From Caecitellus pseudoparvulus (Eukaryota; Protista; Bigyra: Bicosoecida), in assembly GCA_965644315.1 (NCBI GenBank), contig CBFFRQ010000018.1:620001-684000 (forward strand): 64,000 nucleotides of DNA. The letters are read 5' to 3'. Position numbers and translations under genes: made by a program. The notes under the pieces were generated by a model, which saw nothing but the letters and a program-made list of their open reading frames with translations, had not been told where the DNA came from and made no database searches. Of this stretch, positions 57,980 through 64,000 are shown piece after piece. Positions within the stretch are counted from its first letter, which is position 1; each line of letters opens with the position of its first letter.

Positions 57980-58648
57980 TCACTGAATGCTGCAGTCAGA
58001 AGTCTGTCCAGTAGACGGGGGTTTCTTCAAATGTGTCACGGATGCCATCATGTCAGGGTCACGACGGTACATGGCCTCCAAAGTTTGCAAGAGACTCTTT
58101 CCCCCCTCTGCCTCAAACGTCGTGTATGCGTCAGGCACGGCGCACAAGTGTTCCAGCGCCCACATGCATCTAAGTGCACACCTTCGATTGTTCGTGTACC
58201 GAAGCACAGCTTGGATCACTGGAAGTGGCGAGGAGGAGTGATGTCGTGTTCGATGCACTTGTAGCGGCTGCACACAGTACTTCGCCAACGCACCAAGCGA
58301 AACCGCCCCTGCTTGTTGCAGCTGGATGTTTGCAAGCGGTACCTCGTCAAAGTCAAAGTGGATGGTCTTCATTTGACCGCTGCCCCGCTTGTGGCGCTTG
58401 TGGTTTGCCTTGTACGCGATGTGCCCGAGGGCAGACGCGCAACGGATCTGCAGCTCCATGTCGTCGGCCTTTTGCTTCATGTGCATGGCAATGTTCTCGA
58501 CACCTGTATTTGGTACAATCTCAGCAATGGTCACTGCCTTCGGAGGTGCCGGCTCGGGGCGGACCGCCGTACCTGACGCGAGATCATCCGACTTCATCGC
58601 TGCCATGGCCAAACGAAGCGGGCTGTATCCCTCGGGCAATGCCAGCAT
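57980..58648 (-). CDS. Hypothetical ARM-like protein ending in a CaaX-like motif (CSIQ)
   Basis: Helical repeats (LQIRCASALGHIA; LQQAGAVSLGALA; MWALEHLC). May contain introns or upstream exons. Confidence 0.45.
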   Translation of the reverse strand: MLALPEGYSPLRLAMAAMKSDDLASGTAVRPEPAPPKAVTIAEIVPNTGVENIAMHMKQKADDMELQIRCASALGHIAYKANHKRHKRGSGQMKTIHFDFDEVPLANIQLQQAGAVSLGALAKYCVQPLQVHRTRHHSSSPLPVIQAVLRYTNNRRCALRCMWALEHLCAVPDAYTTFEAEGGKSLLQTLEAMYRRDPDMMASVTHLKKPPSTGQTSDCSIQ

Positions 58649-59126
58649 GTCTGGAGACTTTTCAGAGCCCGCACCTTGGGCTCCACCTTTCCCAGCTGTG
58701 TCGCTTGCCTGGGCAGCTTTGCCTGCGATGATGCGCGGGCAAGTCTTGAAGTTCGAAACGCCATGTCAACGCAGCAGCTTCGTGCCCGCGCCTCTCACCG
58801 CCTACATTCAACTTCTCAGCCATGTCTTTAGAAAGAGACACAACTGTGAGGTGACGAAGTTCGCTTTCAGTGTAGATGGGGGTGCGCTCAGCCATCCTTT
58901 TGTCGAGGGTGCAGCCCCCCACTCTTTCTGAGCTTGCTCCTCAGAGCAGGCCTTGACTTAGCTGCGACGCGATGCAACGACAAAAGCAGTGGATAACCAA
59001 AAACGCAGTTTAAACATATCATGCTCTCAAGGTGTGTACAGGGAAGTATTTTCTGCTCTGGAGAGGTCTTTGTCCACGAAGCTACCCCAAGCAGCATTTT
59101 CACTCAGCACGCTCAATTTCCGCTCG

Positions 59127-60514
59127 ATGGCGGCCGGCAACCTTGACGTGCTGCAGGAGGTGCTCAAGTTCACCACAGAGACAACAAAACGAGAAGATGG
59201 GTCTGTATCACGCACAGTAGAGGATGAAGACATGCAGTGGCTAAAGGAGGCCCTCGCATCCCTGGGTGACGAAGAAGCAAAGCGGCTGAGTGTGTTGGAA
59301 GCACGTCTGGCGTTGCGCAGCGTTCCCGTGGAACATTCTCGCCTCCCCTTCGCTCTGAGCGCAGCTGAAGTCCATGATGTATTGATCCATGCCACTGAAC
59401 GCCCTGTGGGTGACGTTGTTGACGCGGTAGACTTCATGTGCGACTTCGTGGACACGTACGACAGTGCGAAAGGTGGGTGCTGCGTCGCCCGCAGCGAACT
59501 CGGGCACACACTCGGGCTCAACGCTCTTGCCCAGACTGGATTGAGTCGGGGGGGGCAGATCTTGTCCAACACCTCTTTGTGAATGGAGCCGCCGAAGTAT
59601 CTGCAGCGACCATGCGCCTGCTTGTGGCCCTATCCCAAAACCACATTCCCGTGCAGAAGCTTCTGCACTCGCATGCCGTCTGGCCAACCCTCCTGCAATA
59701 CTTGATGAGTGCAGTGGCAAGCATGGCCTCAGAGTTCGTGTTTGAACCCCCAGTCCAGGTGCTTCTCCAGGCTGCATTGGACACCAGGTCTGCGTCTACA
59801 CCTGCAAGCCACGGCCAAGCCTCTGCAGCGCCCTTCAAAGCGGAACCCGGGCAAGAGCACGAAGCTTGGCAAGCACACAACAAGGCAGCGGTAGTGCGGG
59901 CACAGATGGATGAGTTGCTGGATATTCCAGGGGATGCAGAAGCTGGTTTGGCAGTTGCCGCGGCTTGGCGCCCTGAAGAGGCACAGCAGCTGCTGCCGCT
60001 GGTCAGCGCCCTGGGCTCTGTGATTCGAAGCGCAGATACACTCGAAAGTGACTTTGTGGGGTGTGGTGGGGCAGGAGCCCTTGCGGCTCTGCTTAGCTCT
60101 GAGAAATGCCTTCCCCGGACCCCCATTGGAAGGAGACTGCACCGCAAGGGAATGCTGCTTTTGAGGGCGTTGCTTCAAAGCAAAGCGTGCCGAAAGCAGG
60201 CTCTATCTGGGGTTGTGGGCGTGGAGGGTTTCGCTTCGGCGACAGCGTGTGCACTTCGACAGGCTGCAGAGCCTAGCGACGCTGCGGAGGGTGCACCCAC
60301 TGACCCCACCCTCCTTGAACACGCTGGAGTTGTTGCTGCGGTCCTGCTTAACTCGGCTGCAGTTGCAGCAGCGCGCGGAACGCCGCCATCTGTGGGAATT
60401 CTAGAGCTTGTGGAGGCCGTGAAGGTTGCTGCCGCTGCTGTCGGGGACGACTTTGCTGCTTCGTTGAAGATGGCTGCCGCGGCTGCCAGCGGCTTCACGA
60501 GCACAGCAGCATGA
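59127..60514 (+). CDS. Hsp70 nucleotide exchange factor, Fes1/HspBP1-like
   Basis: N-terminal LQEVLKF...DMQWLKEAL, CDFVDTYDSAKD and ALSQNHIPVQ (compare QNNPxxQ), followed by ARM repeats; 1 intron. Confidence 0.7.
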
Positions 60515-60526
60515 ATGCATTCCATC

Positions 60527-61438
60527 CTATCGACTAAGCTCTTGGCTTCGCGTACCTGCGGCCACAACAGCGTCCATGACAGTGCCCCTGAAGCCAGCTT
60601 TCTCCAGAGCATGGATACCGGCGATGGTCGTGCCGCCTGGGGAGGCCACCTTGTCCTTAAGCTGCCCTGGGTGCATGCCACTGTCCAATACCATTTCTGC
60701 TGCACCTTTGACAGTCTGCGCGGCCAGCTGCAGCGCGACGTCTCGTGGCAGGCCCATGGCCACACCGCCATCCGACATGGCCTCGATGAGCATGAAAATG
60801 AAAGCGGGACCGGAGCCGCTGACCCCAGTGACCCCTGTGTAACGGGCGTGCAAGAGGGCGGCAGTGGGGGGACATGTTCAGCGCCGAGTGCTGGGCGACT
60901 CACCGTCCATCATGGCCTCCTTGACCACCACAGAGCTTCCCAGCGTACCGAACAGTCCGCTCACAAAGCTGACGTCTGCTTCGCTTGCACCAGGGCCGGC
61001 ACAGACAGCTGCTGCCGTGCACTGCACCTTTGCTGGCGTGTTTGGCATGACCCGCACAACCCTGGCCCCTGGAATTAGAGCGGCGATGTCCTTCGTCTGT
61101 ACACCTGCCGCCATGCTCACGACAAGCTTGCCCGTGGCCATGGAGGGAAGGTCCTTGAAGCCCTCCACGGCGGCTGGAATAATGTGTGGCTTCACCCCCA
61201 GGAACACCACGTCGGCGCCATCAGCGGCGGCACGGTTGTCAGCTGTGGAGCGCACACCAGTGTCAGCGCTCCATGCTTCCAATTTCTCAGGGTGTGGGGT
61301 GGCAACGACCAACTGTTCTGGAGCCAGACGCCCGCTGGCCAGGGCGCCCTCAAGCACAGCCGAGCTCATGGCACCCCCCCCAATAAAGGCTACCTTCACT
61401 TCATCCCAGGCAGGCACTGCAGTGGTTGCTGCTGCCAT
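60527..61438 (-). CDS. proC: Pyrroline-5-carboxylate reductase
   Basis: [39 protein letters not shown] and [11 protein letters not shown]; 1 intron. A transit peptide from 61552 is possible. Confidence 0.95.
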
Positions 61439-61708
61439 GCTGAACGGGGAAACCAAATTCCGCTGCAGCAGGCCACCACCACGCCACACTTGCCTGCACC
61501 CTGCACTGTGCCAGCGCAGCAAGGAAGGGAAAAGAGTTGCTGCAGCATACATTGTCGGCGAAGTTTACAGGATGGTGCTGATTGTGCGTCTCTGGATCTG
61601 ATTGCAGGTCGGCTTTTGAGCAGGCGGTGCTGGGTGTGCGGCTTGCATGCTCGATGTGGCACCCTGGAGGGCAGTCGCAGGTAGCAAGCAGCTCCACGGA
61701 CAGGCAAC

Positions 61709-64000
61709 TCAGCGCCCTAGCACCCGTTTCCCTTGCGTGCCCTGCCCCGTCACGAACGCTACCGTGTCCGCCAGCCAGGAAAAGTTGTGGTGCCGCGCGA
61801 GGGAGGCAAACACTTGCAACGACTTCTGCATCTGCTGGGGCGATTCCCCGCAAGCGTACTTGCCAGAATACGAAGAGTAGACCCCCAGCTTGTCCGCCTT
61901 GACTTCTTTGCTTTTTGTGCAGTAGAGGTCCTGTGTTTGATAGGCTGCGCTGCGTTGGTGGACCAGGGAGACGAGGGTCTTCTCCACCTCCCCTCGGTCG
62001 TACACTTCTCCGCAGGCATCACAGGCCCATGCTCGCACAAAAGCACTTTCCGAGGCACCTGGCATGCGCGCCGGTATCTCCTTGAAAATCGGGTCCCTGC
62101 ACAGATCCAAGTCACGGGCTCGCAAACAAGCAGGGTTGGCGCAGATGACGGGAAGCACGACCGTGTGGCAAGGCTCGTGCCAGGCGGCTTCGGGCGTGAA
62201 GTCCTCCACGTGCAGCATGCGCAAGAGGTTCTTGCGCATGATGGCCACTTGCCCTGCCAGCTCGGCATCCAGGGCCAGCACTCGGCATACTGCCTTGGCG
62301 AACTCAAGAGCGGGGTTCGTCATTTTCAAGTGCCCTCCGGGTGGGTCTGGGAACTGCATGTCCCCCCGTGCATCCAGCATGAGTGCGTTGGTGTATCGTT
62401 GCGCAGCAGGCAGAATCTTCTCCTCGAACAGCTTGTGCATGAACACTGTCTCTGCCTCTGCTTCGTTGCTCTCTTCTTCCATCGTGAGTGGAGCTTCCAA
62501 AACACGCTCCAAAGCATCTGCGTCGGACACACTCGCCATTCGCAAATCCTCTGTGCTGGCCACAGTGCCAGCTGGGGCACCAACTTGCGTTTGAGAGGCC
62601 ATGAAGGCTGTCATGCGCGCAGTTCGGCGCTGAGAAGCTCTCAGGCGCTTGAACTGGTCAACTTTCTCGATGAGGAAGCCAGTCGTTGCTGCGAACGCAC
62701 GCTGAGCCTCCGCAGGAAGGAACGTGGCGATGTTCCACGTCACCCACTTATGGGTGCGAAGGCTGCTCAAGGAGACATCCACTGTCGTGTCTGCTCCTTG
62801 CCTCGCGGGTCCTTGCACGTCTTCATCCTCGTCGTCACTCTGCTCCTTCTGGTCTGCTGCGTTGCGCGCAGCTTGCCGTGCTTCGTGGCCCTGCAAAGCC
62901 TGCAAGTAAGCCTGCTCCAAGGCGACTCCACCGTAGTTGGCAGAGTCCAGGAACACCAAGTTGGTCCACACCCTCTCAGTTGTAGACTGCAGGTGCCGGA
63001 ACAGGGGCTTCTGCAGCATGGTATTCATAATGTAACGGACGTGAGCGATGGCCGCTAAAGGAGTGCTCTTGTTCGTTGACAGGGTAAGCTGGTGGAACGT
63101 CGCATGCACGACTGTGCCGCCCAGGCCCCTGATCTCCGAAATTAATGTGTGGAAGCACCGCCGCATGAGGCTGTGCACTGCTTGCAGCAGCAGCGGGTCG
63201 TACAGCAACGAAGACGGGCTGGACAACCACTTGTACACATTGTCAAGCATTGCGTGTGCTTCATCTGCTCCTGCGCCCCCCCGCAGCACAGTGTTTGCCC
63301 ACCTTCGCAGGAGCGCACGCAGAACACGCAGTGCTGCAGACACATCGCCCCCCTCTCCCGCCCCTGCAGCTGCAATGCCGGCTGCTTGCTCATCCCCCGC
63401 GGCGTCCTGACCGTCCGCAGCAGGCAGGGCTGCCATGCTCCCAGACATGTCATCCAGTGCATCGTAGTTTATGATGGAAGTGATGACAAGATTGAGGCGA
63501 AACTCTACACAGATCCGGCGGTACGTGCCTGGGCGGGAGATGACGGGGCTTGCGCCAGGCGCGCGCTGAATCGACAATGGGTCGGAGTCGCTGCCTAACT
63601 CTCCTGCGCCACGCTGGGCTTTCCCGGCCATCCGTCCAGCTGAGTGGCTTTGGTTTGCTGCCGCAAAGTCTCCGCCGCCCGCAGCAGTCACTGCAGCGGC
63701 AAGTGCAGCCTCGCTGCCGCCCAAATCAGGTTGCAGCGCGTCTGAAGCCCACAGCAAGTGGGCATTATTCGTCAGAGCACGCCCATAGGCAATGTCCAGG
63801 GCATGGCTTCGCACAGTGCCACCCGGGACATTGCCAACGGGCAGGTGGTGGAAGGTTGCTGCAGCCCTGCGCTGCACGAGCTCCCACTGCGCCTCCCCGA
63901 ATCGCTGCAACACTCTTGCAACCATGGGCCCAGCCCACCGCCAGCCAAGCGCATCCCCTGTGAGGAGGTCCACATCTGCTTTGTGTGGTGCAAGCTCTAC
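61709..64000 (-). CDS. POLE: DNA polymerase epsilon catalytic subunit, C-terminal part (gene starts beyond the window)
   Basis: DUF1744 region (HLLWAS..PDLGG, PGTYRRICVE, WLSSPSSLLYDP, DSANYGG), NPALEFAKAVCRVLALD, and CysA zinc finger (CANPAC...DLDLCRD...CDAC). Confidence 0.93.
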   Translation of the reverse strand, partial: VELAPHKADVDLLTGDALGWRWAGPMVARVLQRFGEAQWELVQRRAAATFHHLPVGNVPGGTVRSHALDIAYGRALTNNAHLLWASDALQPDLGGSEAALAAAVTAAGGGDFAAANQSHSAGRMAGKAQRGAGELGSDSDPLSIQRAPGASPVISRPGTYRRICVEFRLNLVITSIINYDALDDMSGSMAALPAADGQDAAGDEQAAGIAAAGAGEGGDVSAALRVLRALLRRWANTVLRGGAGADEAHAMLDNVYKWLSSPSSLLYDPLLLQAVHSLMRRCFHTLISEIRGLGGTVVHATFHQLTLSTNKSTPLAAIAHVRYIMNTMLQKPLFRHLQSTTERVWTNLVFLDSANYGGVALEQAYLQALQGHEARQAARNAADQKEQSDDEDEDVQGPARQGADTTVDVSLSSLRTHKWVTWNIATFLPAEAQRAFAATTGFLIEKVDQFKRLRASQRRTARMTAFMASQTQVGAPAGTVASTEDLRMASVSDADALERVLEAPLTMEEESNEAEAETVFMHKLFEEKILPAAQRYTNALMLDARGDMQFPDPPGGHLKMTNPALEFAKAVCRVLALDAELAGQVAIMRKNLLRMLHVEDFTPEAAWHEPCHTVVLPVICANPACLRARDLDLCRDPIFKEIPARMPGASESAFVRAWACDACGEVYDRGEVEKTLVSLVHQRSAAYQTQDLYCTKSKEVKADKLGVYSSYSGKYACGESPQQMQKSLQVFASLARHHNFSWLADTVAFVTGQGTQGKRVLGR

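Noticed and set aside
1-64000. CRISPR arrays, rRNA, tRNA, telomeric repeats, prokaryotic operons
   Set aside because: None seen by eye; the sequence is intron-containing eukaryotic DNA. A tRNAscan or Rfam run would be needed to exclude small RNAs fully.

Overview
This is gene-dense, GC-rich (about 60%) eukaryotic nuclear DNA with short (about 60-100 nt) mostly GT-AG introns and very short or overlapping intergenic regions. Several tubular-mastigoneme (Mas/Sig/Ocm-type) EGF genes point to a flagellated stramenopile, plausibly a bicosoecid or MAST-like heterotroph (inference). About 33 genes can be supported, most of them housekeeping (HEATR3, DEAH helicase, RPL15/28/29, PSMB5, MsrA, HSP10, TK, BET bromodomain protein, MSH5, SPOUT1, rhomboid, TMEM104-like, GT69, RNF10, M6PR-like, Fes1/HspBP1, P5CR, POLE). 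Four things stand out. (1) A gene-free 3.4 kb structure (46888-50334) made of two near-identical 973 bp inverted arms around a 1.5 kb AT-rich core, with no target-site duplication or transposase; it resembles an inverted-repeat regional centromere or invertible element. (2) A secreted protein of about 4,170 aa that fuses a complete mastigoneme module to about 3,700 aa of hierarchical Gly-rich beta-fibre repeats. (3) A cluster of three mastigoneme genes. (4) A spliced 50 aa Tom5-like gene absent from the ORF track. All gene models and homologies were assigned by eye from motifs; no searches were run.
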